From: a virus
Lineage: Duplodnaviria > Caudoviricetes
Direction: 5' to 3' (one strand)
DNA length: 33,064 nucleotides
IMG/VR virus record: IMGVR_UViG_3300034279_000131
Coordinates: 1 to 33,064 of that record
Within the stretch, counting starts at the first letter, position 1; the number at the start of each line of letters is the position of its first letter. The translations under genes and the position numbers were made by a program. This document shows positions 1-8,900 of this stretch, one piece after another. The notes below the pieces were generated by a model. The model made no database searches. It saw only the letters and a program-made list of their open reading frames with translations, and was not told the origin of the DNA.

Positions 1-1
1 C

Positions 2-286
2 TTCGGAGAAAACATCAGCAAGAGCGCAGAAGAGACTAAGGTGACTGTTGAAGAAATCACCAAGACTATCGACGCTCAAATTACAGAATTGGCTGAGAAG
101 CACGATTCACTCAGCAAAGCAGTTCAGGATATCAAAAGTGCCATCGACACAATCGAAAAGCGCGTGGATCTGGTTGAAAATGAAACTGCTGTTAAGAAGT
201 CCCAAGATCTGGATGGATCAAAGGAAGAAACAACAATAAGAAAAGGTATCTGGTCTGGCTCATTCCTCGGTGTCCGTGACCTATAA
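2..286 (+). CDS. C-terminal part of capsid scaffold / prohead protease-scaffold protein (5'-truncated by the window)
   Basis: The frame of ORF 41..286 is open back to base 2 (FGENISKSAEETKVTVEE...). It encodes a coiled coil ending in an aromatic tail (GIWSGSFLGVRDL) and lies directly upstream of the major capsid gene. Confidence 0.7.
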   Translation, partial: FGENISKSAEETKVTVEEITKTIDAQITELAEKHDSLSKAVQDIKSAIDTIEKRVDLVENETAVKKSQDLDGSKEETTIRKGIWSGSFLGVRDL

Positions 287-295
287 ATACAAAAA

Positions 296-314
296 CTGAA
301 AGGTAGGTGAAAAG
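296..314 (+). promoter_or_regulatory. Extended Shine-Dalgarno leader of the major capsid gene (CTGAAAGGTAGGTGAAAAG)
   Basis: Matches GAAAGGAGGTGA with one extra T, just upstream of ATG 320. 18/19 identical to 4471..4489. Confidence 0.8.
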
Positions 315-319
315 CAGAT

Positions 320-1312
320 ATGAGTAACGAACTTTTACAAAAAGTAATCGACACGACTGAAGTTGGTGCAGGCGGTGGTGGCCTTTTAAAGCCAGAACAA
401 TCCAATCGCTTCATTGACTACATGTTCGATGCAACAATCTTGACAAGAGTCGCACGCACAATTCGTATGCGTTCCGATACAACAGAAATTGACAAGGTTG
501 GAGTAGGCGAGAAACTAATGGTTCTCGCTTCAGAAGGTACAAACGCAGGTCAAACAGATCGTGGTGCAACATTCACCAAGGTTTCATTGACAACAAAGAA
601 ACTACGTTTGGACTGGGAACTCTCAAGCGAATCACTTGAGGATAATATTGAAGGTGCCGATCTTGAAGATCACATTGCTCGCCTTATGGCAACACAGGCT
701 GGTAACGATATTGAAGATCTCGCTATCAATGGTGACACAGCACTCACATCAGACAATCTTTACAAGGCATTTAATGGCTTCCGTAAGTTAGCCCTTAATG
801 GTGGACAGGTTGTTGATGCAGGCGGTGCAGCCATCAGCAAGGCAACATTCAATAGCGCACTCAAGGCTATGCCTCGCAAGTACAAGCAACGTCGTAACCA
901 GTTGCGCTTCTTCACCGGAAGCAATCTGGTTCAAGACTACTTGTACAACCTCACAACAGTTGGATCTACTCCAGAAGATATCGCTTCAAGCATTCTTCGT
1001 GGAAATCCAGCCGCTCCTGAGGGCAATCCAGGTGGAGTAATTCCATTCGCTTTCGGTATTCCTGTCGTTGAGGTTCCCCTCATCGATGAGACTCGTACCG
1101 GAACTTACTCTGGAGCCACAGGGCAACATGGTGAGGTCCACTTGACATTCCCACAAAACTTCATTGTCGGCATCAAGCGTGACATTACAGTTTACCGTGA
1201 ATTCAAGCCAAAGAAGGATACAATCGAATACACACTCTACATTCGTGTTGGTGTGGCAGTTGAGAATCTTGACTCTTTCGTAGTTGTCAAGAACGTCAAG
1301 GTTGCTTCCTGA
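320..1312 (+). CDS. Major capsid protein (HK97 fold)
   Basis: 330 aa. Motifs GGGLLKPEQSNRFIDY, WELSSESLEDNIEG, DIEDLAINGD, FGIPVVEVP and IKRDITVYREFKPKKDTIEYT are typical of phage MCPs. Strong RBS, tandem stops TGA TAA TAA and a downstream terminator. Confidence 0.93.
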   Translation: MSNELLQKVIDTTEVGAGGGGLLKPEQSNRFIDYMFDATILTRVARTIRMRSDTTEIDKVGVGEKLMVLASEGTNAGQTDRGATFTKVSLTTKKLRLDWELSSESLEDNIEGADLEDHIARLMATQAGNDIEDLAINGDTALTSDNLYKAFNGFRKLALNGGQVVDAGGAAISKATFNSALKAMPRKYKQRRNQLRFFTGSNLVQDYLYNLTTVGSTPEDIASSILRGNPAAPEGNPGGVIPFAFGIPVVEVPLIDETRTGTYSGATGQHGEVHLTFPQNFIVGIKRDITVYREFKPKKDTIEYTLYIRVGVAVENLDSFVVVKNVKVAS

Positions 1313-1333
1313 TAATAATTTAATAATTATAGT

Positions 1334-1372
1334 GCGGCAGGGAGGGGTGTAAATCCCTCCCTTTCGCCTTTT
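1334..1372 (+). terminator. Intrinsic terminator after the capsid gene
   Basis: Stem AGGGAGGGGT (1339-1348), loop GTAA, ATCCCTCCCT (1353-1362). An outer GCGG/TCGC pairing is followed by CTTTT. Confidence 0.8.
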
Positions 1373-1373
1373 C

Positions 1374-1382
1374 TGATATAAT
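1374..1382 (+). promoter_or_regulatory. Extended -10 promoter TGATATAAT
   Basis: Perfect TGnTATAAT in an intergenic gap, upstream of RBS AGGAG and ATG 1406. The motif recurs in other gaps. Confidence 0.7.
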
Positions 1383-1405
1383 TGACTATAAGAGATAGGA
1401 GAATT

Positions 1406-1789
1406 ATGTCTTTTTCTACAATGAAAGTTGGACAACTTAAAGAAGTTGCAGAGTATTTTGCCGTGGACCTAGAAAGTGCAAAGACCAAAAATGAAATTAT
1501 GGCAGCACTAGAAGAAGAGGGTGTTACGTTCGAAATGTATGCTAAATTTACAGAGGCTGAAACAGAGACTATTGATGTACCAGAAAAGAAAGCAAAAAAG
1601 GTCGCATCTGGAGATACAGTTTTAGTTAAGATGGATCGTGAAAACGCTAGATTTGAAATAAATGGCTTCACCTTCACAAGAGAGCATCCTTTTGTCGCTA
1701 TGTCTGAAGAAGATGCAGATTTTATCTTTTCCATAGAAGAAGGATTTAGAATGGCTACTCCGCGAGAGGTGCAGGAATACTATAACTAA
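1406..1789 (+). CDS. Small head-region protein with N-terminal Rho-N/HeH-like helical domain
   Basis: ATG 1406 with AGGAG RBS is preferred over TTG 1382. MKVGQLKEVAEYFAVDLESAKTKNEIMAAL matches the helix-extension-helix pattern often found just after MCP genes. Confidence 0.65.
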   Translation: MSFSTMKVGQLKEVAEYFAVDLESAKTKNEIMAALEEEGVTFEMYAKFTEAETETIDVPEKKAKKVASGDTVLVKMDRENARFEINGFTFTREHPFVAMSEEDADFIFSIEEGFRMATPREVQEYYN

Positions 1790-1801
1790 GAGGTGTGTTA
1801 A

Positions 1802-2746
1802 TTGATAGAAGTATATGCTGGCAGTAGTACAAAAGTAAACGTTACAACCTATTTTAATGGAGAGCCTACTGAGCCAGTAGAAGCGCCTCAGGCTGTAGTT
1901 AAAGATGCTTCAACAAATACTATTCTTTTAGTAGACTATGCTGAACAAACTGACGATGAGTATGTTGGAGAGTATGAACTTCTTCTTCCAGCAAACGTAA
2001 CCGCTACAGAAAGAATACTAAAGATAGAGTGGGAGTATCAAATTGGTGAAGAATACTTTAACTCTACTGAGTATATTTATGTAACAATACCTTATCTTAC
2101 TGTTGATGAAATAATATTAGAGTTAGGATTTTCTCCATACCCAGAAGGTGCTAACTACCAACCGTTTGAAAAGATTCATGCAGCCGCGAGAACCGCAAGA
2201 ATGATAATAAATAATTACTTGGGATTTTCTTTAACAGAGAATACAAATCCTGTAGTTGCTTATGGAACTAATGCTGATGTTCTTTCTCTTCCGCACCGTA
2301 TCATAGAATTTAAAAAGTTGTATGAAAATGATCAATTAATAATTGATATCGATGAAGATATAAATAATTGGGGCGTAGAGTTAGAAATAACTGAAACAAA
2401 TAATGCCCTCAGAGTCATTGCTAGTACAGCAGGAGAAGACATTCAGGAGAGCGAAAGATCTTTTATCTTAGATATAAATCCTGCAAAATTTAAAGACGGG
2501 TATAGGTATAAGGTAGAGGGTACTTTTGGCTACCAAGTTATACCATTAGAGGTAAAGCAAGCCATGCTTTTGATTGTCAATGATCTATTATGTAATGATA
2601 GTATCTGGCGTTCAAAGTATGTGAAGAAGATGAATACTGGTCAAATGTCTGTAGAATTATCTTCACTCGCTTTCGCAGGAACTGGAAATGCTATTGCAGA
2701 CGCTATACTACAAAAGTTTAAAATGATACAGTTGGTGATTATTTAG
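1802..2746 (+). CDS. Head-to-tail adaptor protein
   Basis: TTG start with GAGGTG RBS. YLTVDEI...ARMIINNYLG and YKVEGTFGYQVIPLEVKQAMLLIV resemble SPP1 gp15/HK97 gp6-type adaptors. Has an extra N-terminal beta domain. Synteny agrees. Confidence 0.75.
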   Translation: MIEVYAGSSTKVNVTTYFNGEPTEPVEAPQAVVKDASTNTILLVDYAEQTDDEYVGEYELLLPANVTATERILKIEWEYQIGEEYFNSTEYIYVTIPYLTVDEIILELGFSPYPEGANYQPFEKIHAAARTARMIINNYLGFSLTENTNPVVAYGTNADVLSLPHRIIEFKKLYENDQLIIDIDEDINNWGVELEITETNNALRVIASTAGEDIQESERSFILDINPAKFKDGYRYKVEGTFGYQVIPLEVKQAMLLIVNDLLCNDSIWRSKYVKKMNTGQMSVELSSLAFAGTGNAIADAILQKFKMIQLVII

Positions 2747-3171
2747 TGTATGGCTGCCTTCAAAGTTCCACACTTGTAATGACAGCAGATATTTATCAAC
2801 AAATATCTGAACAAGATGAGAGTACAAACGCTATAACTAGAAGATGGGTATTGTTAAAGAATATACAATGCTCAATTGTTCCCATTAGAGAAAGTGGCGG
2901 AAGCGCAACATCAGATAACAAAACGTTTGGTAAAGAATACATAGAAGAATTAGAAATAAAAATGTACACTCTAGAAAAATTAAGTAAAAGATGGAGAGTC
3001 TCCTCAGTAAAAAACTTTAAAAATGAAGAGTTGTATACAGAGATAGACAGAGTATCTAATCCAAGTACTATATTTGAGGTATACGCATCTCATCCAATTT
3101 TTGATATCTTTGGAAACGTCCAGTACTTTGAGAATCATCTCAAGAGGACTCAGGTGCAATCAAATGATTAA
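2746..3171 (+). CDS. Putative head-to-tail stopper / head closure protein
   Basis: 141 aa, beta-rich, translationally coupled to the adaptor gene (TAG/GTG overlap). Assigned mainly by position. Confidence 0.6.
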   Translation: MYGCLQSSTLVMTADIYQQISEQDESTNAITRRWVLLKNIQCSIVPIRESGGSATSDNKTFGKEYIEELEIKMYTLEKLSKRWRVSSVKNFKNEELYTEIDRVSNPSTIFEVYASHPIFDIFGNVQYFENHLKRTQVQSND

Positions 3172-3892
3172 TGTTAGAGTGTCCCCCGCATCTTCTCAAA
3201 GATTATATGCAGAGATAGAAAATAAAATAGAAGGCATTAAAGAATTAAAAACTGTTAAATCAAAAAATGAAATAATGTCTGCTGAGTTCTCTTTATCCGC
3301 AATAAAATTTGTTAAAAGAACAAATCTTCTAGCAAGATCAGCAAAGAAGTCTTTTCATCATGTTTATGAATGGGGAGGCGCTGGAAACGAATCTTCAAGA
3401 TTATTTAGAATAATTAAAAAACAAGAGGGGGCAGGAAATGCCTCTATATATTACAAGTTTAATAATTCTAAAAAGAATTCTCCAATTGCTCCAGCATTAA
3501 CAACTCCTGGACGTAGTGGTAGAAAGGTTACAAAAAGTGGGATATTTAAAAGAAAAGCAGAAGTCATGGAAAATGGCAAACAGGTAAGTTTTATTACTTC
3601 TAGACATATTGCCTTCAGCCCAAAGTCAGGCGGGATACTATTTGTGCCTCCAGGGAAAACAATAACAATAAGAAACCCTGGCGGCAAGGCGACAACTGGT
3701 TCTTTTGAAAAACATTTTAGAAGTTGGTGGACCATAAACTTTGGAAACTCTTTAGATGAGGCTGGAGTTTTTAATAAATTAGAAAAAAATATTGCTAGGG
3801 CTTTAAGTAAAAAGGGTGCCGATAAAAATTCCGCAAGATTAGCAATCAAGTCTACTCTAGCCCCATATCAAACTATAGGAAGTGTTATCTAG
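3164..3892 (+). CDS. Putative neck / tail completion protein (basic)
   Basis: Probable start is ATG 3164 (AGGTG RBS) rather than 3074. Lys/Arg-rich, with a HHVYEWG...RLF motif. Lies between stopper and tail terminator, like HK97 gp10-type genes. Confidence 0.6.
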   Translation: MINVRVSPASSQRLYAEIENKIEGIKELKTVKSKNEIMSAEFSLSAIKFVKRTNLLARSAKKSFHHVYEWGGAGNESSRLFRIIKKQEGAGNASIYYKFNNSKKNSPIAPALTTPGRSGRKVTKSGIFKRKAEVMENGKQVSFITSRHIAFSPKSGGILFVPPGKTITIRNPGGKATTGSFEKHFRSWWTINFGNSLDEAGVFNKLEKNIARALSKKGADKNSARLAIKSTLAPYQTIGSVI

Positions 3893-4401
3893 TGGTAGAT
3901 TATAAGATAAATGCTAGGTCTGTTCTGAATTCATTTTTATGGGAAGAATTAAAAAATTCAGGAATTTTAATAGAAGATCAATATCGTCCAGATAATTTTA
4001 CTAAATCTGTTATTCCAATAATACCTTCACAAGAGGTTCCAGAATTTAATAATCTCATGCCAGAATTGCCATACATCATATATGATTATGAAGTTGAAGG
4101 ATATGGAGATAAATGGTGGATATGTGAAGAAAGAATGCTATACACTATTATTGCAAATCAAGTCTCTCAGGTAGCAGAAATCATAGAACTAATGATAGAT
4201 TTATTTAGAAGAGTAGATGAGTCTGGTCAGGATGTACAAAAATTTAATCCTAAAGATGATAAAGTAATATTCTATACTGTGTCTTTAGAAAATGCTTCTG
4301 GCCCTGCACCAGTTGAATTAGAGGGCGGAAGAGTAGCAGGAACTGTAGAGATTTCTTACAAATATTCAAGATATTTAGATTCATCTGGTAGATTCGTCTG
4401 A
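3892..4401 (+). CDS. Putative tail terminator protein
   Basis: 169 aa, acidic, LPYIIYD motif. Immediately upstream of the major tail gene. Confidence 0.65.
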   Translation: MVDYKINARSVLNSFLWEELKNSGILIEDQYRPDNFTKSVIPIIPSQEVPEFNNLMPELPYIIYDYEVEGYGDKWWICEERMLYTIIANQVSQVAEIIELMIDLFRRVDESGQDVQKFNPKDDKVIFYTVSLENASGPAPVELEGGRVAGTVEISYKYSRYLDSSGRFV

Positions 4402-4404
4402 CCT

Positions 4405-4435
4405 TTGAGTCTTGCCCAATTCGTGTTATTATAAT
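4405..4435 (+). promoter_or_regulatory. Probable promoter for the major tail gene
   Basis: TTGAGT (4405-4410), then TG-T-TATTAT (4424-4432) overlapping TATAAT (4430-4435), in a 93-nt intergenic gap. Confidence 0.55.
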
Positions 4436-4470
4436 AATGAGGAATGACCAATCTAGATATTTAATAATAT

Positions 4471-4489
4471 CTGAAAGGTAGGTGTAAAG
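4471..4489 (+). promoter_or_regulatory. Extended Shine-Dalgarno leader of the major tail gene (CTGAAAGGTAGGTGTAAAG)
   Basis: Near-exact copy of 296..314, upstream of ATG 4495. Confidence 0.8.
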
Positions 4490-4494
4490 TATAA

Positions 4495-5181
4495 ATGGCA
4501 GGTTCAGTTAGCAACATTATCGTTGGTGCCGCTCAGGTCTTCATTTCAAAGAATGATTCAACTGTTTCAGGTGGTCAACCACAAAACATGCCAGTATTCG
4601 GCACAACTGCTTCCGCAGCAACGTACCTAGGTACTGGCTCAGGAGCAACTGACTGGAGAGATGTTGGATTCACATCTGAAGGATTCGAAATTTCATACGA
4701 ACCAACTTATGGTGAGGTTGAGGTTGATCAGTTGCTTGACTCCGCTCGTATCTTCAAGACTCAGTTGAGAGTTATGCTTCGTACTTCTATGAATGAAGGC
4801 ACACTTGAAAATGTTCGCGTAGCCTTTGGTCAATCAAATGCTACACAGTTGAATAGTGTTTACTCTTCAACATCAACAAGAGCATCAGCATCAGGATACG
4901 GCGCTCCAACAACAGGATCAAACGTTCTTGGTCTTGCAGCAGGAGCCCTTGGTGAGAAGCCAGTCGAAAGATCATTGATCGCTGTAGGCCCAGGCCCAGC
5001 AGTCGCAGGATCAAACACAGAGAGAGTGTACCTTGCTCGTCGCGTTCTTTCTATGGAGACTGTTTCCCACGCTCTACGCAGAAATGAATCAACTGTTTAC
5101 CCAGTTACATTCCGCTGCCTCCCAGCAGACGGATATGCAAATGCAGAGTACGGCGAGATTCTTGATAGAGTCTACTCCTAA
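4495..5181 (+). CDS. Major tail (tube) protein
   Basis: NIIVGAAQVF, WRDVGFTSEGFEISYEPTYGEVEVDQLLD, EGTLEN and YPVTFRCLP are siphovirus tail-tube motifs. Strong RBS, followed by a terminator and then the chaperone and tape measure genes. Confidence 0.9.
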   Translation: MAGSVSNIIVGAAQVFISKNDSTVSGGQPQNMPVFGTTASAATYLGTGSGATDWRDVGFTSEGFEISYEPTYGEVEVDQLLDSARIFKTQLRVMLRTSMNEGTLENVRVAFGQSNATQLNSVYSSTSTRASASGYGAPTTGSNVLGLAAGALGEKPVERSLIAVGPGPAVAGSNTERVYLARRVLSMETVSHALRRNESTVYPVTFRCLPADGYANAEYGEILDRVYS

Positions 5182-5202
5182 CCCTAATAACTAAATAGTT
5201 CT

Positions 5203-5246
5203 AAGGTGAAACCCCGCCAATCGGCGGGGTTCATCTTTATGTTTTT
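5203..5246 (+). terminator. Intrinsic terminator after the major tail gene
   Basis: AAGGTGAAACCCCGCC-AATC-GGCGGGGTTCATCTT hairpin followed by TATGTTTTT. Confidence 0.85.
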
Positions 5247-5257
5247 GCGCCTGATTT

Positions 5258-5266
5258 TGATATAAT
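5258..5266 (+). promoter_or_regulatory. Extended -10 promoter TGATATAAT
   Basis: Directly behind the terminator, upstream of AGGAGG RBS and TTG 5291. Confidence 0.7.
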
Positions 5267-5290
5267 TTTAATAAGTTATTAGGAGGAAAA

Positions 5291-5626
5291 TTGTCAACTA
5301 CTATATATGATACTGCTGAATTAGAGTTAGAAGATGGAACTAGTGTTTTTATTAAGCCTCTTCCAATTAAGCAGTTGAAAAAGTTTATGGCAGTAATTAG
5401 AGAACTAGATTCAGAAGAAATACAAACTGAAGAAGATGCTATGGACATTTTTGTCAAGGCGGCTATGGTTTGTTTAGAGAAGGCATATCCAGAAATAGGT
5501 CTTAATAGAGAGAAGTTTGAAGACGCTGTGAATATCCCCAACATGATGAAAATTCTAGAAATATGTGGGGGACTTAAATTGAACGACCCAAACCTACTGG
5601 GAGCGGCGCTAGTTGGGACAAACTAG
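5291..5626 (+). CDS. Tail assembly chaperone (lambda gpG-like, short form)
   Basis: 111 aa, TTG start with AGGAGG RBS. Lies between the tail-tube and tape-measure genes and has a slippery site near its 3' end. Confidence 0.85.
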   Translation: MSTTIYDTAELELEDGTSVFIKPLPIKQLKKFMAVIRELDSEEIQTEEDAMDIFVKAAMVCLEKAYPEIGLNREKFEDAVNIPNMMKILEICGGLKLNDPNLLGAALVGTN

Positions 5627-5638
5627 ACCTCGCCGCTC
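5587..5638 (+). other. Programmed -1 ribosomal frameshift signal: heptamer C CCA AAC plus downstream hairpin
   Basis: X XXY YYZ heptamer at 5587-5593, in the correct phase. After a 7-nt spacer, GAGCGGCG (5601-08) pairs with CGCCGCTC (5631-38) and CTAGTT (5609-14) with AACTAG (5621-26). The -1 frame is open from 5578 to 5913. Confidence 0.88.
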
Positions 5639-5913
5639 TGGAATCTGAGGCGTTTCTGTTGGGAAACTGGAAGAGTTACGACGAACTTGAAGAAAACTTA
5701 TCAATAGATGAGTTAGTTCATACTTTAAATGCCTATAGAACAAGGCAGAAAGAAGAGCATAAGTTCCTCGCAGCACTCCAAGGTGTAGATCTTTCTGATA
5801 AGGAGTCATCAAATATTACAGAGATGACTCCATCTGAAGTTGCCACACAAGGCTTTGGCGTGGGCCTAGGAATTGGTCACAATATTCAGTCTGTTGAAGA
5901 GGTGGTCGTATGA
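5593..5913 (+). CDS. Tail assembly chaperone, -1 frame extension (gpGT-like; join of about 5291..5593 and 5593..5913)
   Basis: The -1 frame reads PTGSGASWDKLDLAALESEAFLLGNWKSYDELEENLSIDEL... and includes track ORF 5659..5913. Its stop overlaps the tape measure ATG (ATGA). Confidence 0.82.
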   Translation, partial: PTGSGASWDKLDLAALESEAFLLGNWKSYDELEENLSIDELVHTLNAYRTRQKEEHKFLAALQGVDLSDKESSNITEMTPSEVATQGFGVGLGIGHNIQSVEEVVV

Positions 5914-8900
5914 GTAGAATAGATTTGCAGATAGTTGCTACTGGTAACTTTGCTGGCGTTGAGGGGCAACTTGCAAGACTAAAATCTCAAATAGCGGCTA
6001 TCAATAGCATGGGAATGGTTGGTAGTCCAACCCAACTTAGAAATATTCAATCGTACTCATCTGCATTTGCCAATGCTTTGAGTGCTAGCGGCATGTTCCA
6101 AACCAGGATGGTAAATCTTACTTCAGAAACAGAAAAATTTGGCAGATCTTTAGAAAGAGGAAATCTTAGACTAGGACAGTATTTTAGAGCAGGCACTCAA
6201 TATGCTAGAAGACAGCAAAGCCAAATTAGATCTCTAGCCAGAGAGCAAGTAAGAATGATGAATTCTACCGCTATGAATATGGGTGGCGGCAGAGCAATGG
6301 TAGTTACCCCTAAGGGTATAGATGAAGCCATTGATAAGCAAAAAATATTAAACCAAGAACATAGAATTTTTAGACAAGTAGTTCAGGGCGGGGCTACTCA
6401 ATTAATTAACTGGGGAAAGAATACTCAATGGGCTGGTAGACAGTTGACTGTTGGCCTTACAGTACCACTCATGATATTTGGCGCGGTCGCTGGAAAGATG
6501 TTTATGGATGCAGATAAGCAACTTACTAGAATGACTAAGGTTTATGGCGATGCCACCAAGGGTATAGTAAATGATCAAGAACTTGATGCTATAAGAGGCA
6601 AAACCTTGGCGCTTGCTCAAGAACTTTCTAGCACAATGGGAATTGCCGCCTCAGAAACTTTAGGAATTGCTGCAGATATCGCCGCTACTGGTAAAGAAGG
6701 TAATGAACTATTAGATTCAACTAGAGAAGCCATGAGACTGTCGGTACTTGGTGAAGTTGACAGGGCCGAGGCAATGAAAGCCACCTTAGCAATTCAAAGC
6801 GTATTTAAACAAGATACTGATGGATTAACTAAATCAATTAACCTACTCAATGCTGTAGAAAACCAAACTTCAACAACGCTGAATGACTTAGTTACAGGAA
6901 TTATTAAGGCTGGCCCAGTAGTTCAAGGTCTAGGTGGAAGTATCGCGGATCTTTCAAGTATGATGGTTGCTATGCGCGAGGGTGGCGTCCCCGCGTCAGA
7001 AGCAGCAAACGCAATTAAATCTTCTCTAGGTGCATTAATTAATCCGACAAAACAAACAACAGAGTTGCTTAAGGGATTCGGAATAAACCTTACAGATATT
7101 GTTGATAGAAACGCTGGCAATGTCATTGGAACGCTTACTGAATTACAGCAGGCTCTAGAGGGCATAGATGAATTAAGTCGTCAGAGAGCAATTGAGCAGA
7201 TGTTCGGAAAATTCCAGTTTTCAAGAATCAACGCTCTTTTAAGTAACTTAAATAAAGCGGGAAGCCAAACAGAGCAAGTTCTTAAAATTGCTGGAATGAG
7301 TACTTCTCAATTAGCACAAACAGCAGAAATCGAATTAAAGAGACTGACTGAATCTGCGTCCATGAGATTCACCAGAGCAGTAGAAAGTCTTAAGTCTAAC
7401 TTAATTCCTATAGGTGAGACATTCGTTGAAATAGGCGCAAAGATTGTAGAATTTGCTGGAAATATCATTAAAGCATTTAATGATCTTCCAGAAGGATTAA
7501 AAACATTTATTAAAATTGTCGGCGGAATAACTGCAATTGCTGGTCCTATTATTATGATCACAGGTGTATTCGGCAACTTCTTTGGCTACATAATTAAAAC
7601 AGTAGGTGCTTTAATGGCATTGCGCCGTGGCGCACGCGGGGTGTTCGAATTTTATACAGCAGACTCTATTGCAGCCAGAGCATCCACAGAACTTCTTTCT
7701 AAGGGAATGTTTAGTCAAGTTGAGGCTACCAATACCTTAAGAGCAGCACTTGACACTCTTAATGCAGAACTTGAGCAAGTTGCTAGAAACATGAATTTAG
7801 TTGCTACTGCTTCTTCTACAGCAATGGCTAGACAAAGTGCGGCTACTGCTAGTGCAGCCGCTGCCGTTGCAGGATCTGGAGCAGCCGCCTTAGCAGCAAG
7901 AAATTCATCTGTGATCGGTATGCTTGGAATGGGTAAAAGAAGTGGTACATCATCATTTAGTGGCCCAGAATTTTCCCACCTACACCCATCGATGAATTTG
8001 CCAAAAGACATTAGATTAGCACAAACTGTTGGTACATTAATAAACCCATCAATACCCGCACAGGCTGCCGCTAGAAATTGGCAGCAGGCGATGGGAGCCT
8101 CGTTTGCACCAACGTCATTCTATGACCCATCAAGAGGATCTAGAATTTCTCAATTAGAACAAATGACTTATGGTGCTGGAAGAGCAAGTGCTTCAAACTT
8201 AGCATATCTTAATACTATGAGAACATCTGGAGCAGAAGGACAAACAGCAGCAGCCAGATTATATCCATCAAGAAACGAATACAATGCATATGTTGCTAAA
8301 TATCACGCCTCCTTGCTGAGACTTGAACAAATGGGTAAGACTCAAGTTGATAATATGACGAAAGCCATCAATAGAGAAATGGCTAAAGGAAATGTCGCTG
8401 GTGCTGAAGCAATATTAATGGGCGCACTAGATGTAAATGGAAAACAATTTAAACGCTTAGTCGATGAGCAGACGAGAAAAGTTGTGTCTGTTAATGGAAC
8501 AATGGGCGAGGTTATTGCACAGGTAGGTGCAACAACAGCAGGACTTGAGCAAAGACTAAGGGCTGCAGGAATGCAAGGATTTGGTAAAACTGCAGATAAT
8601 ATGTTTAGAATGGTTTCTGCTGGCGCAGGCGGCGGCACGATTCCAGATGAACAAATGGTAGATAAAAGATCTCAAAGATATATGGATGCTCTAAATAAAC
8701 AAACTCAACTTACTGCTCAAAGGAATGCATGGATTCAAAAACTTACTGAAAGAGAACAAAGAATAGCAGCGGGACAAGCAAAGGATGCTGGTCAGGTAAC
8801 AAAAGCAAAGCAAAAACTTGCCATTATTATGGATGAATTAACAGCAAATACTAAAGAACTCGCACTTGCTGAAAAGGGCTTGCTAAAGCCTAAAATGAAT

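Noticed and set aside
4550-4925. Ser/Thr/Gly-rich loops in the tail tube protein as glycosylation sites
   Set aside because: No glycosyltransferase is in the window, and composition alone is not evidence.
5659-5913. Independent 84-aa gene starting at TTG 5659
   Set aside because: It is better explained as the -1 frame extension of the chaperone. The frame is open from 5578 and has an in-phase slippery site.
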